Origin: a virus
IMG/VR virus record: IMGVR_UViG_3300020731_000015
Coordinates: 1 to 64,000 of that record
Reading direction: 5' to 3' (one strand)
DNA length: 64,000 nucleotides
A program made the translations under genes and the position numbers. The notes beneath the pieces were generated by a model. It saw nothing but the letters and a program-made list of their open reading frames with translations, made no database searches and was not told where the DNA came from. Positions 40,492-51,462 of this stretch are shown piece after piece (the stretch's first letter is position 1; every line of letters starts with the position of its first letter).

Positions 40492-41841
40492 ATGGCTAGG
40501 GATTTCTTTGCTGAAGTAGAATCGTGGATTCGTGTTGCCAAGGGCGATGTGGTTGGCCACGAGTTTCACGGGAACCAGTATCAGTCGGCTAGCGAAACGA
40601 CACAAATCACTAGTGAATCGCAGACTAGCCCCGCTAGCCGTGCTTCGGAAATCGCTGCTAGGGCTAACGCACTAGTTGATGGTATCTGGCACGACCCGGG
40701 TTCACCAGTATTACGAGATGAACACTCTGAAATAGCAGATGAACACTTTGCGGAAGCCAATAGAGTTCGTTCTACCAACCCAGCGTTGGCTGACGCCCAC
40801 GTAGAGGCCGGCAACGCTCACGAGGATGCCCACAACGCTCACTCAATGGCACACACTTACATTAGTGATGAGAACGATGACCGTGCTGAAGCCGCAACTA
40901 GTAGGGCTATTCGGGCTAGTAGGAATGTCGAAGCACTAGCCAACGGAACTGCCACCGCCCCAAGTGCTACTCCAACACCTACCCCAAACCCCAATAAGTT
41001 CTCGCACCCTTATCAGACTCAATACAGCGCGCCAAACTACCTAGCGCAAGCGGCCAAGAATGTTGCTGATAGGCATCTAGATGTTGCGGTCGCTGGCGAT
41101 AAGCCAGAAGACCTAAACGCCCTTGCTGACGAGCACCAAAAAATTGCCGAGGGTCTTCGTGATGTCGCTGACCAGAAAGCGATTGCTGCTAGAACTGCCC
41201 AGACACAGGCGGCATCATTGGGCCGCCAAGACCCTGATGAGGGTGAGAAACTCGGAACCGGGCGTGAAGCAACGGAACGACCAGCCAACGTGACTGCTGA
41301 ATCATTAGCCGACAAGTATTCCCCAGCAGGCGCATCGAACTCGGATGCGAACCGTAATCGGATTGCCGGTATGACTTCTAGCCGTTTGGAAGACCTAAAG
41401 TTGGCCTCAAACTCGATGTCCAAACTTGCTGATATGAGTCACGGCTACGCATCTAGCCGAGTTCGTGGCGAATTGGGAAGTATCCGAGAGGCTATCCAAA
41501 GCCGAATCACAGACCTCAAGAACGAGGCAAAGGCCGGTGGCTCTAAGTTCGTTCAGGGTCAAGGAAACCAGCCAACTCGCACTTCTGCTGATTACAAGAA
41601 CCTGATTTCCAAACTAACTAGTGCTTCTAAGTCCGTTTCTGAACTACGCAACGCTATTCGTAGCACGAATCTCCAAAGCACGAACCACTACTACCACTCT
41701 GGTCAATTTGCCAAAGATGCCCCAGCCGTAGCCGATAAGGTGGCGGACGCTACACAGGCCTACAACGATTTCTATCGTGGAACTGATGGCAAGGATACGG
41801 GCTACTTCGCAAATGACCGATTTAAGAAGTCGGTTGGCTGA
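40492..41841 (+). CDS. tagged putative head-cargo protein
   Basis: DFFAEVESWIRVAK|GDVVGHEFHGNQY (40540). Confidence 0.75.
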   Translation: MARDFFAEVESWIRVAKGDVVGHEFHGNQYQSASETTQITSESQTSPASRASEIAARANALVDGIWHDPGSPVLRDEHSEIADEHFAEANRVRSTNPALADAHVEAGNAHEDAHNAHSMAHTYISDENDDRAEAATSRAIRASRNVEALANGTATAPSATPTPTPNPNKFSHPYQTQYSAPNYLAQAAKNVADRHLDVAVAGDKPEDLNALADEHQKIAEGLRDVADQKAIAARTAQTQAASLGRQDPDEGEKLGTGREATERPANVTAESLADKYSPAGASNSDANRNRIAGMTSSRLEDLKLASNSMSKLADMSHGYASSRVRGELGSIREAIQSRITDLKNEAKAGGSKFVQGQGNQPTRTSADYKNLISKLTSASKSVSELRNAIRSTNLQSTNHYYHSGQFAKDAPAVADKVADATQAYNDFYRGTDGKDTGYFANDRFKKSVG

Positions 41842-41871
41842 AAAATCACAACCCTGTGAAAGAATAGAACT

Positions 41872-43092
41872 ATGGAAAACTTTGCTGCTGAAATCGAATC
41901 TTGGGTCCGAATCGCTAAGGGCGGGCCGGGCTCGGGAGATACCCCCGGTCACGAGTTCAATGGAAACCAATACACCGACGCGAGTGGTGCTATCGCGGGC
42001 ATTTCCAAACTTCGTGGGCTTTCAGGAGAACTCAAGTCAATAGTTGATGAACTAAATGGCAAGTTTTACCCACAGGGATTTACGCTGCGAGCCAAACCAG
42101 CAGATAAGTACGACAAAGACAGAATGTATGGGGAAAACTCATATAGTTCTTTTGCGCGCTATGTCACCCCAGAGAAACTAAAAGAAACACAGAGCAAACT
42201 TGAGGGGTTGGCCGACCAAGTGGATTCTCTAGTTGCTGGAGTTCGCCGTTCAGCAGCCGTTCACTCGGACACATCACCCACGATAGACAAGTTTGGTGGA
42301 GGCGAGTGGAAACTCGGACAAGACGAAGTTGGTAAGCACTTTTTAGAAGCCTCTAAGTCGCTTGAGGCTTTATCAGACAACTTGCGTGGTGCGGCATCCA
42401 TAATGAGCCACTCGGCAAACAAGGCGGTTTCAGTCAAATCACCTCGCCCAATGGCGGATGATGGCTATCCTGCTTTCGGCTCTTCCGAACCAAAAGCCTT
42501 TGACGCCGTTAAAGGCGAGGATGTTCTATCAACGAAGTTGGCGATTTCACGCTATTCGGGTCACGAAAGCAGTTTGGGAGAACAAGTTGATGCGATTTCC
42601 AAACTCTTTGACAAGTCGGAACTATCGCTTTCTCGTGCGGCTATCGCTATAGCGAAAGACCCCTCAAAAGAACCTAACGAGGCAAAGGCCGCTTCTGATT
42701 CAGCCAAGTTCGAGTCGAAGTCAAAGGAGTACACTGCTTCTGCTGATGCTATGGAAAAAGACATTGAGGCTAAGTACGATATGGTCAAAAAAGACTATGA
42801 CCTCGATGAAGACGGTAGGCCTATTCGTTATGGCCCCCAACACTCGGAAGAACTAGATGAATACGAAGAGGCAAAAGACAAGCAAGATGTCGTTCTCTCA
42901 CGCGCCAAAGTAGCGGCGGTATCGGCTAGTAATGCCTACTCTGTAATGGCTCACTTTGCTTCGCAGCGTGGCGACACCGAAGCCGCCAAGCAAGCGCAAG
43001 AAAAAGCCAGCGAAATGCTGAAAGTGGCGCGCTATAGCGAATCTCGCTGGCCAGATGCGGTCAATCATTACGATGACTACGATGGCGAATAA
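41872..43092 (+). CDS. tagged putative head-cargo protein
   Basis: NFAAEIESWVRIAK|GGPGSGDTPGHEFNGNQY (41917). Confidence 0.75.
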   Translation: MENFAAEIESWVRIAKGGPGSGDTPGHEFNGNQYTDASGAIAGISKLRGLSGELKSIVDELNGKFYPQGFTLRAKPADKYDKDRMYGENSYSSFARYVTPEKLKETQSKLEGLADQVDSLVAGVRRSAAVHSDTSPTIDKFGGGEWKLGQDEVGKHFLEASKSLEALSDNLRGAASIMSHSANKAVSVKSPRPMADDGYPAFGSSEPKAFDAVKGEDVLSTKLAISRYSGHESSLGEQVDAISKLFDKSELSLSRAAIAIAKDPSKEPNEAKAASDSAKFESKSKEYTASADAMEKDIEAKYDMVKKDYDLDEDGRPIRYGPQHSEELDEYEEAKDKQDVVLSRAKVAAVSASNAYSVMAHFASQRGDTEAAKQAQEKASEMLKVARYSESRWPDAVNHYDDYDGE

Positions 43093-43098
43093 CAACAA

Positions 43099-45396
43099 AT
43101 GTCATCTATCCAAGATGTCCGAAAGTTCCTTGTTAGAGAACGGTTTGTGGTCCTCAAGGGCGACTATGTTGGCCACCCCTTTCGTGGAAACCAATACTCC
43201 GACTTAGGCTCTGCTGAACACCTACAAGAAGCGAATAGAGCCGCTAGAGAAACGGATTCGCTCAAAAGAGAGGGCCGTCGTAGGTATGGTCGTTCTCACG
43301 GATATTCCCTTGATGGCGACCTAGCAAAAGCATCGCTCGATGCCCTTGACCACGCGGCATCAGCAAAAGCCAAAGTAGGCGTTCTTAAAACAACAATATC
43401 TGAACTAGAAGAAAAGATTAAGAGAAACGGTGGCGACCCCAAAACTCCGATAGACGGATTCCACGACTCCGTTGAGGTGCGACAACTCAAAGACAACTTA
43501 CAGCGTTCCCAAGAACAGTTAAGCCATATAACTAGCGGGAATATGAAGTTTCGTATTTCTTGGAACAAATCACTAACTAGCGAGCAAATGAGCAAGCAGG
43601 CCGCATCCGCGCTGAATCGTGGATACAAGGAAGTTCTCAACAAATTATCTTCGATGCCCGGCGTGACTATGCCGAAAGCCAAGTCGCTTCTTGACAACAA
43701 GAACAACCCTCGCCCAGAGGCTCTAAAGGTTCTTCAGAACGATGTCAAGCAGATAGACTCAATCGCCAAGAAAGATGCCAAAACAGCGCAAGACGAAAGT
43801 GCGAGCCCAGAAGATAGGTATAACGCAACTGTCGGCTTGCGAAACTCATCGAAGAACGCCCTCTCTGCCCACACCTTTCTTGAGCAAGTCTATCGGATTA
43901 GTGGAGACACTACTAACCAAGATGCTGAAGCAAAAATCGTTGAGAAAGCAAAAGCGTCTATTGGGAAAGCGGACGAACATTACACAAATAATTTCGCTCA
44001 AATAACACTTTCATACGCCAAAGAGAGCATCGATAAGGCTAGTAAGACGATTGACCTAAGTGGAGTCAACCTATTCAGCATCAGCCCGGAACAGAAACAA
44101 ACGATTTCCGATGCAAAAAGTCTTTACTCGAACGCCTACAGAATACTTAGTGATGCCAGACTAGGCAATACTGATGAGGCTAGGTTGGCAAGAGACAATT
44201 CTCAACAAGCAAACGCACTCCTAAATACCGCTAGGTCTAACGAACTAAAAGCAACCCTAGACGGGTCAATGAAGAACATAGGTAAGGCAACTGCTGATAA
44301 GAGCGCCTATGAGAACACCCAAAAGGCCGAGCGCGATTATCGCACTTTCCAATCGGCGGTTGGCGAGGCTAAGTCGAATTGGAACGGCCTATTATCTAAC
44401 TACGGTGGTGCTTCATCACCAGAGTTAAATGCAAAAGCACAGAGCAACGCTATCGGATTAGCGAACCAACTAGAACTCGTACAAAAGACCGCTGGTTTGG
44501 CTATCGGTAAGGAATACCTAAAAACGGCTAGTGACTCCCTAAAGTTCGTTCGTGAAAACCTCGGAAACACAGACCCAGCCGTGGCGGAAAAGGCCGACAA
44601 ACTTATTACCGAAGCATCAAGTGCAGCCAATACAGCAAGAGGGCTATTCTCAAAAGAATCTCGCTACTATTCATCAAGCGCACCAGCGACAAGTGGTTTG
44701 GAAAACGAGTGGAATCAGGCATCTAGGTTTGAGAAAGAATGCACCGCCTACTCCAATGCTGTTCGTGGAACATCTCTTTTGGAAAAAGGTCTAGCGGAAA
44801 CAAGGAGTATGCCCGAAAAGGTGGATATGAGTGACATCGGCCAAGATGACCCCAATAGTTATGTATCCCTAAAGGCTAAAGCCGCGGGAACTTTGGATGA
44901 CTCGTTCGGCTACCTAACGCGCGGAGTTGAAGCAATCGACAAATCAGACCTTTTCAGCAAAGACGAAAAACAAGAACTTATTGGCAAACTTAAGGACCAA
45001 GCCACCCAAGCGGGTAAGGAACTTGCCGATATCAACTTTAAGTTCTATAGAGATGGTCTTGACTCTATGGTTGTCAACGGTAGTAAGGAATTGGAAAAAT
45101 CCAAAGACACCGATGACGATAACCCTATGTATGCCTCTACTAAGGCAGAAAAACTATTGGTGCAGGCTACCTATCTTGCTGATTCTATAGAAAACAGTAT
45201 CGCTCACAAGGAACTTAGTGGTTCGCTACTAGTTGGTCACTTCCAAGACAAGACCCCGCTACAACTCAATTCCGAGCAAGTAAAGCAACTCAAGGAAACC
45301 CTCGCCAAGCATAGTGTTGCTGAAATCCAGCAAAAAGCCGATGAAGCGAAGCAGGGCCAGCGCGCTTTCTATCGCCTACGCCAATACGCCCTGTAA
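43099..45396 (+). CDS. tagged long alpha-helical protein
   Basis: VVLK|GDYVGHPFRGNQY (43156); Ala/Lys/Ser-rich helical body. Confidence 0.72.
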   Translation: MSSIQDVRKFLVRERFVVLKGDYVGHPFRGNQYSDLGSAEHLQEANRAARETDSLKREGRRRYGRSHGYSLDGDLAKASLDALDHAASAKAKVGVLKTTISELEEKIKRNGGDPKTPIDGFHDSVEVRQLKDNLQRSQEQLSHITSGNMKFRISWNKSLTSEQMSKQAASALNRGYKEVLNKLSSMPGVTMPKAKSLLDNKNNPRPEALKVLQNDVKQIDSIAKKDAKTAQDESASPEDRYNATVGLRNSSKNALSAHTFLEQVYRISGDTTNQDAEAKIVEKAKASIGKADEHYTNNFAQITLSYAKESIDKASKTIDLSGVNLFSISPEQKQTISDAKSLYSNAYRILSDARLGNTDEARLARDNSQQANALLNTARSNELKATLDGSMKNIGKATADKSAYENTQKAERDYRTFQSAVGEAKSNWNGLLSNYGGASSPELNAKAQSNAIGLANQLELVQKTAGLAIGKEYLKTASDSLKFVRENLGNTDPAVAEKADKLITEASSAANTARGLFSKESRYYSSSAPATSGLENEWNQASRFEKECTAYSNAVRGTSLLEKGLAETRSMPEKVDMSDIGQDDPNSYVSLKAKAAGTLDDSFGYLTRGVEAIDKSDLFSKDEKQELIGKLKDQATQAGKELADINFKFYRDGLDSMVVNGSKELEKSKDTDDDNPMYASTKAEKLLVQATYLADSIENSIAHKELSGSLLVGHFQDKTPLQLNSEQVKQLKETLAKHSVAEIQQKADEAKQGQRAFYRLRQYAL

Positions 45397-45444
45397 TTTA
45401 TCAACTGTGGTCTATTATCTATAACGAACGCAAGGGAGTTGCCT

Positions 45445-46866
45445 ATGTCTGATGAAATCCTCAACGCCGCATCCGAATGGATTGGCTCTGTGAACAAGGG
45501 TCTTTACGGCGCACTCTTTAACGAGTCGCTCACCTTTGGTCAGGACAATGCCGCTAAGGCCGAGTCACTCTACGCAGTTGCCCTCACTGCTGAAATGGCT
45601 GGCGACAAGGCTAAGGCGACTAACGCCCTTATGACTGCTTCGCAACTCCACCTCACTTCTGCCGACTACTACTTACGCGCCTCTTCTTACGGAACGATTG
45701 AGCGCACCCAACTACTCGCCCTCTCACAAGAACAAAATGCACTCGCACAAAAGGCGATTGAGGCCGTTCATCTTCTTGAGAACACTCCTGCTGAATCAAC
45801 TACCGATGCTGGTCTTGATGGCGTGACCGTTGATGAGGCCGACACTTACCCTATTGATACTGCGAACAACCTAGATGCCCGTGACCACGCACCCGACCTG
45901 CCAGATATGTATAAGTCAGTTGGCGGGTTTGCTGAAATCGCAGAAGACGGCGTAGAGGTTTGGAACTTCGACATCGCAAAGGGTGACACACCCGGCCACG
46001 AGTTCCGTGGAAATCAATACACCGAGGGAACTGGAAAACTATCTGGCCGTGCTGATGATGTTGCCGATAGAGCAAATGACGAGGGTGCTAGCAAGTCAAT
46101 CGCTGCGGAACACAAGAGCATCGCTGAAGGACACAAGAGTATCGCTATGGAACTCGCTGACCAAGCAGCCGAAATGCCACTAACGCAAGCGGAAAAACCA
46201 CTTGTGGCAAAAGCCGCTATTGACAACTTCAAGGCTTTTATTGCTCACGCTAACGCCGCAGACGCACACGAAGAAGCGGCAAAAGCACTTGCGAACGACC
46301 CACACTCGGAGAGTGCGCTAGATGCTGAGGAAGCAGCACAGCGCACTAGCGATGATGCCGCAACTGCGAGCGCCGAGGCTCACGGGGGAACCTCGATTGC
46401 GGCCAATGCTGAAAAGGTTGCCCCAACAAGCACTAGTGGCACGACTACCCAAATCACTAGCGAGGCTCGTAGCAACCCCTCAAGCGTTAAGTACATCAAG
46501 CCAGTCAACCTTACGGCCGCTAACACCTTGCGTGAAAGGGCCGCAAGTCTCGCTTTGGAAACAGGGCGCACCGTGCCAAACCAAGCCTTCGTGCAAGAAC
46601 ACACTCAAATCGCTAAGGAACACACGAAACTTGCAAAGGCAAATGACAAGGCTGGAAATAGCGATATTGCCGAGGCCCACCGAGATGCCGCTCACGCACA
46701 CGAGGTTGCCGCTGCTTTTACTAAGGATGCTATTGGGGTTTCACCAGACGGAACCGACCAAAAGGCTATTGATGCCGAGCAGAAGAGCCAAGAGGCCTTT
46801 ACCGCTAGTGGTGAGGCCGCTCGTCTTGAGAGAGCCAATATTTTCCCCGACACTAGTTCTTACTGA
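45445..46866 (+). CDS. tagged polyprotein with His/Ala modules
   Basis: ILNAASEWIGSVNK leader; tag at 45979. Confidence 0.72.
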   Translation: MSDEILNAASEWIGSVNKGLYGALFNESLTFGQDNAAKAESLYAVALTAEMAGDKAKATNALMTASQLHLTSADYYLRASSYGTIERTQLLALSQEQNALAQKAIEAVHLLENTPAESTTDAGLDGVTVDEADTYPIDTANNLDARDHAPDLPDMYKSVGGFAEIAEDGVEVWNFDIAKGDTPGHEFRGNQYTEGTGKLSGRADDVADRANDEGASKSIAAEHKSIAEGHKSIAMELADQAAEMPLTQAEKPLVAKAAIDNFKAFIAHANAADAHEEAAKALANDPHSESALDAEEAAQRTSDDAATASAEAHGGTSIAANAEKVAPTSTSGTTTQITSEARSNPSSVKYIKPVNLTAANTLRERAASLALETGRTVPNQAFVQEHTQIAKEHTKLAKANDKAGNSDIAEAHRDAAHAHEVAAAFTKDAIGVSPDGTDQKAIDAEQKSQEAFTASGEAARLERANIFPDTSSY

Positions 46867-46879
46867 TACTAGAAAATCC

Positions 46880-47092
46880 GTGCGAAACCCCTTTGAGATA
46901 GAGGAACTCCTAAAATCCCCGCTTTACAAGCAGGTAGTTGACGGAGTGGTGAAACAGCCTCGCTATGTGCCTTTGGCCGAGCAACGCAAACACCCACAGG
47001 ATTTCGGCTGGCTAGATGATGCCGTGCCAGATAACTATGTATTCCCAGAGGAAGACTCCGAAGACCCTATGGGCGAATCACCTCTAGGGTAG
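46880..47092 (+). CDS. small acidic protein
   Basis: GTG start; PFEIEELLK|S leader-like N-terminus. Confidence 0.45.
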   Translation: MRNPFEIEELLKSPLYKQVVDGVVKQPRYVPLAEQRKHPQDFGWLDDAVPDNYVFPEEDSEDPMGESPLG

Positions 47093-47156
47093 GTAAGCAA
47101 TAGCGATTTGGAAATCGTAGTGTAGCCTTTCTCGTAGAGCGAAAGGAACTCCTTTT

Positions 47157-49148
47157 ATGAATATTGGCGACCGATTCAAGCCGGTTTACACCCCACGCAA
47201 CCAAGCATCTATTGATGCCGAGATTGCCAGCAAGCAGATTGCTAAGACTGCTCGTAGTGAGGTTGAGGCTATGTCAGCACTAGACAACGCTAACTTCCGT
47301 CTTCGTAAGGCTACAGAGTCTTTGAGCGAAGCACAGGTGGCTTACTTTGCCGCCGTTGAGAAGTCAGCAAGCAACGCTACTGAACTCCGTGCTGCCTACA
47401 ACAACGCACTTGCCGGATTCCGTGACAGCGAGAAAATCGCCGCTGTCGCTGCTGATGAGGTTCGCAAGGCTAAGGCCGCTCTCGCAGGTCTTCGCAAGAA
47501 GGCTTCTATGGAAGATGACTATGAGGATGACTCATCAGACGATGACTCATCAGAGTACGATGAGGATGAGAAGAAGAAGTCTTTTGGTGGCTCTAGCGAC
47601 CAAGAAGATGCTGCTGATGCTATGGCTGGCGATGACCCAGAGGGCGCAGTAAAGGTTCTTGACTCACTTGCCGACACCCACGAGCGCCTCGCAGGTATGG
47701 CTCGTAAGACTGGCAATATGGATGCTCACTCGGCTCACGCTGCTGAAGCCGGTCGCATTCGCTCAAAGATTGTTTCTCTTCGTGGCAAGGCCAACAACAA
47801 GGAAGTTGTAAAGTCTGCTTCAGATTTCATCACTAAGCGTGAGTTCTCTGACACCAAGCGCGCTCAACTCGCTGATTTGCTTGAAGACTGGAAAGTTTCT
47901 AAGGCTGCAATGTTGATTGTTTGCCCATCTTGTATGGGTGACGGTGGCTCGTGCTGTGAAAACGGAATGATTAGCCCCGATGACCTTTCAGACCACGTTC
48001 AGTTGGCAGACGAGATGCCAGTTGCTATGAGTGCTTTCAGCACCTCTTCGCTTCTGACCCGTGACTTCCAAAAGTCGGCCGCTTACCAAGAGTATGTCTT
48101 GGCTAAGGGTGATGTTGATGGTCACGAGTTCCACGGAAACCAGTACACCGCAGGTGGTGGCGGAAAGACTGCTCAAGTCGCTAGCAACTCGCAGACCGCA
48201 CCAAAGACCGATGCCGAGCGTTTGGGTAATGTCCCGGGCGCTAGCAAGGCACTACTCACTCAAGATGCGATAGACAAGTTCCAAAGTGGCAAGATTGACC
48301 ACAAGGCTTTGGCAAATGCTCACGATGCTCTTGCTGCTGCCCACCTTTCTGCCGCTAAAGAGGCACGGCTAGTTGGTGACAAGAAAGGTATCGCCCTCCA
48401 CATCGCCGCCGCCAACGCTCACCTTTCTGCCGCTACTGCCCACCTAACTGCAGACGGAGAGGGCTACGAGCCCTATGTTGACAAAAACGGTAATGAGGTC
48501 AAGACCGAGGGTATGTCATACGGCGAACTAGCCAACTTGCCAACCGCTTCAGACCGACTTTCAGCAAACGCCGCTGATGCTTCTAAGGCCGCAGACAAGC
48601 ACGATGTAGAGATGGAGCAGGAAACCGCTCAAATCACTAGCGAAGCCCGCACCGTTCCAATCAAGCCCGGCCAAGCCGCACAGACCCGTGACCCCAACTG
48701 GAACCCACGCACTAGTGGCGCGTTGATAAATATGCCAAAGGCGGGAACCCAAAAGGGTTTTAACACCATCGTTGGTGGCTACGAAAAGAACATTCCAGTT
48801 CAACTTGGACTCGCTAAGCAAGCAGAGGAAGAATCAAAGAAAGCCGTTGCTGATGGCGACCTTGAGACTGCCACTGCGAAGATGGAAGAGGCTGTGAAGG
48901 CTTATGAGGCCGCCGCCGGAAACGCTCGTGGAATCTTTATGATGCACGAGAAGTTCCAAGGTCAGGTCAAGCAGGCAAACCCTGAAGACCCAAAGGTAGC
49001 CGCTTTCCGTGAACAGGCTCGTTCTATTCGTGCTAACGAAAAGGCTTCGGCACAGGAAAAGGCTGCTGAACTTGGAAAGAAGTTTAAGGAACAAGAGGCC
49101 GCCAAAATCGCCGCTGCTAAGGATGCCCAGAAAATCGTAGGCGAGTAA
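47157..49148 (+). CDS. tagged polyprotein with many hydrophobic-x-K sites, Cys cluster and His/Ala modules
   Basis: AAGGA RBS; tag at 48105; CPSC..CC motif. Confidence 0.75.
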   Translation: MNIGDRFKPVYTPRNQASIDAEIASKQIAKTARSEVEAMSALDNANFRLRKATESLSEAQVAYFAAVEKSASNATELRAAYNNALAGFRDSEKIAAVAADEVRKAKAALAGLRKKASMEDDYEDDSSDDDSSEYDEDEKKKSFGGSSDQEDAADAMAGDDPEGAVKVLDSLADTHERLAGMARKTGNMDAHSAHAAEAGRIRSKIVSLRGKANNKEVVKSASDFITKREFSDTKRAQLADLLEDWKVSKAAMLIVCPSCMGDGGSCCENGMISPDDLSDHVQLADEMPVAMSAFSTSSLLTRDFQKSAAYQEYVLAKGDVDGHEFHGNQYTAGGGGKTAQVASNSQTAPKTDAERLGNVPGASKALLTQDAIDKFQSGKIDHKALANAHDALAAAHLSAAKEARLVGDKKGIALHIAAANAHLSAATAHLTADGEGYEPYVDKNGNEVKTEGMSYGELANLPTASDRLSANAADASKAADKHDVEMEQETAQITSEARTVPIKPGQAAQTRDPNWNPRTSGALINMPKAGTQKGFNTIVGGYEKNIPVQLGLAKQAEEESKKAVADGDLETATAKMEEAVKAYEAAAGNARGIFMMHEKFQGQVKQANPEDPKVAAFREQARSIRANEKASAQEKAAELGKKFKEQEAAKIAAAKDAQKIVGE

Positions 49149-49174
49149 GAGCCTTAGTGTTCTAAGGTTTACTC

Positions 49175-51460
49175 GTGAACTACAAAGATATTCTCTCTAT
49201 CCTTAAGGCTGGCGTTGCTGGTCAATCTGGTGATAAAGACGGTCACGACTTTCGTGGCAATCAATGGACTGTTATGGGCCCTTGGGGTCAACCAGTTCCA
49301 CGACCCCGTGACCCAGCGACTAACAAGCCCCTAAAGGGCGCAGCGTTGGCTGCTGAATTGGCACGACTCTATCCGAGCCCGAACACGCCTATTCCAAACG
49401 CCCCTAAAACGACTGCCAAACCAGCCCCACCAAAGGTATCTGGCTCGACCCCTAAATCACCAAAAGCCCCCAAAGCACCAAAGGCTACGCCAGCACTCGC
49501 ACCAACCCCTACACCGGTCGCTACAACCCCTACAACGCCCCCTAAGCCCGTTGATGAAGCACCAAAGGCCGAAGCCCCAAAGGTAGAGGAAGTCAAGCCA
49601 GAAGAGCCTAAAAAGGTCGAGGATAACCGAGTTATCACGGAAGAGGGTCAGAAGTCTATTCAGGAACGAATTGCCGATGCTGAAAAGTGGGAACCCAAAA
49701 CTGATTTGGAAAAGCGGGCTTCCGAAGCCGCCTCGAAAATCGCCGCCGCAATCCTCGTTCCAAAAGAACGCCGACCCCTATTCGTAAAGAATCTCACTAC
49801 GGTTCTCACCCAGCCAAAGGCTTTTAGAGATGCCGTTGCACAAGCCAAAACCGTAGAAGTCAACGACCGTGTTAGAGACAACGCAGCGATGCTGAAAATG
49901 ATTGGCTTTACGGGTCTTCCAAAGGTCGTATCGGAAGCAGAGTTTAAGGCCACACCCGGCAAGGTCGCCTACTCTGGTCTTTCGTACACTCGGAGTTCTA
50001 CCCAAACACTTCAGCAGAAGTTAGCGACGCTTTACAACGGGGAGTTCCCACGCTACGGCGGTCCTATGTTCGGTGCGGCGTTCTACACATCCGAGAGCAA
50101 AGATGTGCCGGTTTCATACGCCCAAAAGAATGGGGCTAGTGGAACAAATACCTGTATCTTTCGCAACAAGTTAGTTGACCCCAACAATGTCTATAACGCA
50201 TCTGGCAACGGCCCAATGATTAAATTGGATGTCTTATCAGCAACGGCTAGGGAAGACCACGGCAAGTATTCGGCTATGGACCACCCTGACTACAATCTCC
50301 GAGAAATTATGTCGGATGCTGGATACACCGATGACGAAATCAACCGAATTGATGGCAAGGGAAGCCAGCAAGGTATCTTTAGTGGAGACAACAACTGTAA
50401 GAGTATCGGCCCAGCCCTAGCGGGATACGATGCGCTGAAAGATACCCACCACAACTACACAATGGTTCTAAATCGTGGGGCTATGGTCCTACCTGACACC
50501 TACGCAACCAATATCCAACATCAAGGTTCGTTTGGGCCAGAGGGAGCAGCAAATGTGTCTGACAATGTTCCTGTGGATTCGGCTTACGCAATCTCCGTGC
50601 CTACGCCAAAAGCACCCGAAGATGATGAGCAAGATGTCGCTAAAGGTGAATCTGACGGACACCCTTATCGTGGCAACCAATATGGGCCGGGCAAGAGTGA
50701 TGGCACTCCTGAAAAGCCAAAGCCACTACCCGGGTCTGAAGAAGAAACGGAAGAAGTAGTAAAGAAACTCACCGAGGATATGAAGTTGCCTCCTGCTGTT
50801 ATCCGTATGGGTATCCAAGTAGCCCGACCACTTCTCGCAGAAGCCGCTAAATACGAACCGGCTATCACCAAAGCGATTTCTCAATCCGTAAAAGAGAGTG
50901 GCGGAACTCGAAAGCGCGCTCAATCTGCCGTAAAGTCACTCTCTAGTGCTACCGAAAAGGCGGTTAGGGATACCGCCGATTCTGTCCAAAAGGGCTTGAC
51001 TGCTGAAATCACATCTAACTCCCTTTCCAAAGAAGCCGGAGAAATCCACGACCTCGTTCGCTATACGGTTATCTGGCCACAAAAGGAAATAGCAAGCGGC
51101 GCGAACAAGATGATACAGAGCCTCGCCAATAAGGGCTTCGTTCCATACAAAGACGAGAACGGCACGGAGATGGTGAAAAACTACTTCCACGATAGGCCGG
51201 GAAACTCATACCGAGGCATCAATGCCAACTTCGTTGACCCCAAGAGTGGAATGGTCTTTGAGGTTCAGTTCCACACACTCCAAAGCCTTGATACTGCTGA
51301 AAAGATGCACAAAATATATGACAGTATTCGCAAACTAGATAAGACCGACCCAGTTTACGAAAAGGGGCAGGAAAAGATGCGAGCGGGCTTCGCACAGGTA
51401 AAAATCCCACCGGGAATTGACTCGGTTGGAAATGTCTGGTTCAAGAAGGCTATAATTTAG
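49175..51460 (+). CDS. tagged polyprotein: ART-like domain plus RelA/SpoT-like (small alarmone synthetase) domain
   Basis: Tags at 49205 and 50642; GLPKVVS..FGAAFY..GYDAL..MVLNR; KSLSSATEK..HDLVRYT..YRGIN..FEVQFHT. Confidence 0.8.
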   Translation: MNYKDILSILKAGVAGQSGDKDGHDFRGNQWTVMGPWGQPVPRPRDPATNKPLKGAALAAELARLYPSPNTPIPNAPKTTAKPAPPKVSGSTPKSPKAPKAPKATPALAPTPTPVATTPTTPPKPVDEAPKAEAPKVEEVKPEEPKKVEDNRVITEEGQKSIQERIADAEKWEPKTDLEKRASEAASKIAAAILVPKERRPLFVKNLTTVLTQPKAFRDAVAQAKTVEVNDRVRDNAAMLKMIGFTGLPKVVSEAEFKATPGKVAYSGLSYTRSSTQTLQQKLATLYNGEFPRYGGPMFGAAFYTSESKDVPVSYAQKNGASGTNTCIFRNKLVDPNNVYNASGNGPMIKLDVLSATAREDHGKYSAMDHPDYNLREIMSDAGYTDDEINRIDGKGSQQGIFSGDNNCKSIGPALAGYDALKDTHHNYTMVLNRGAMVLPDTYATNIQHQGSFGPEGAANVSDNVPVDSAYAISVPTPKAPEDDEQDVAKGESDGHPYRGNQYGPGKSDGTPEKPKPLPGSEEETEEVVKKLTEDMKLPPAVIRMGIQVARPLLAEAAKYEPAITKAISQSVKESGGTRKRAQSAVKSLSSATEKAVRDTADSVQKGLTAEITSNSLSKEAGEIHDLVRYTVIWPQKEIASGANKMIQSLANKGFVPYKDENGTEMVKNYFHDRPGNSYRGINANFVDPKSGMVFEVQFHTLQSLDTAEKMHKIYDSIRKLDKTDPVYEKGQEKMRAGFAQVKIPPGIDSVGNVWFKKAII

Positions 51461-51462
51461 GT

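Noticed and set aside
46322-46879. 5' part of the 256-aa ORF 46322..47092
   Set aside because: Overlaps the tagged ORF 45445..46866 out of frame; only the portion from GTG 46880 looks like a real gene.
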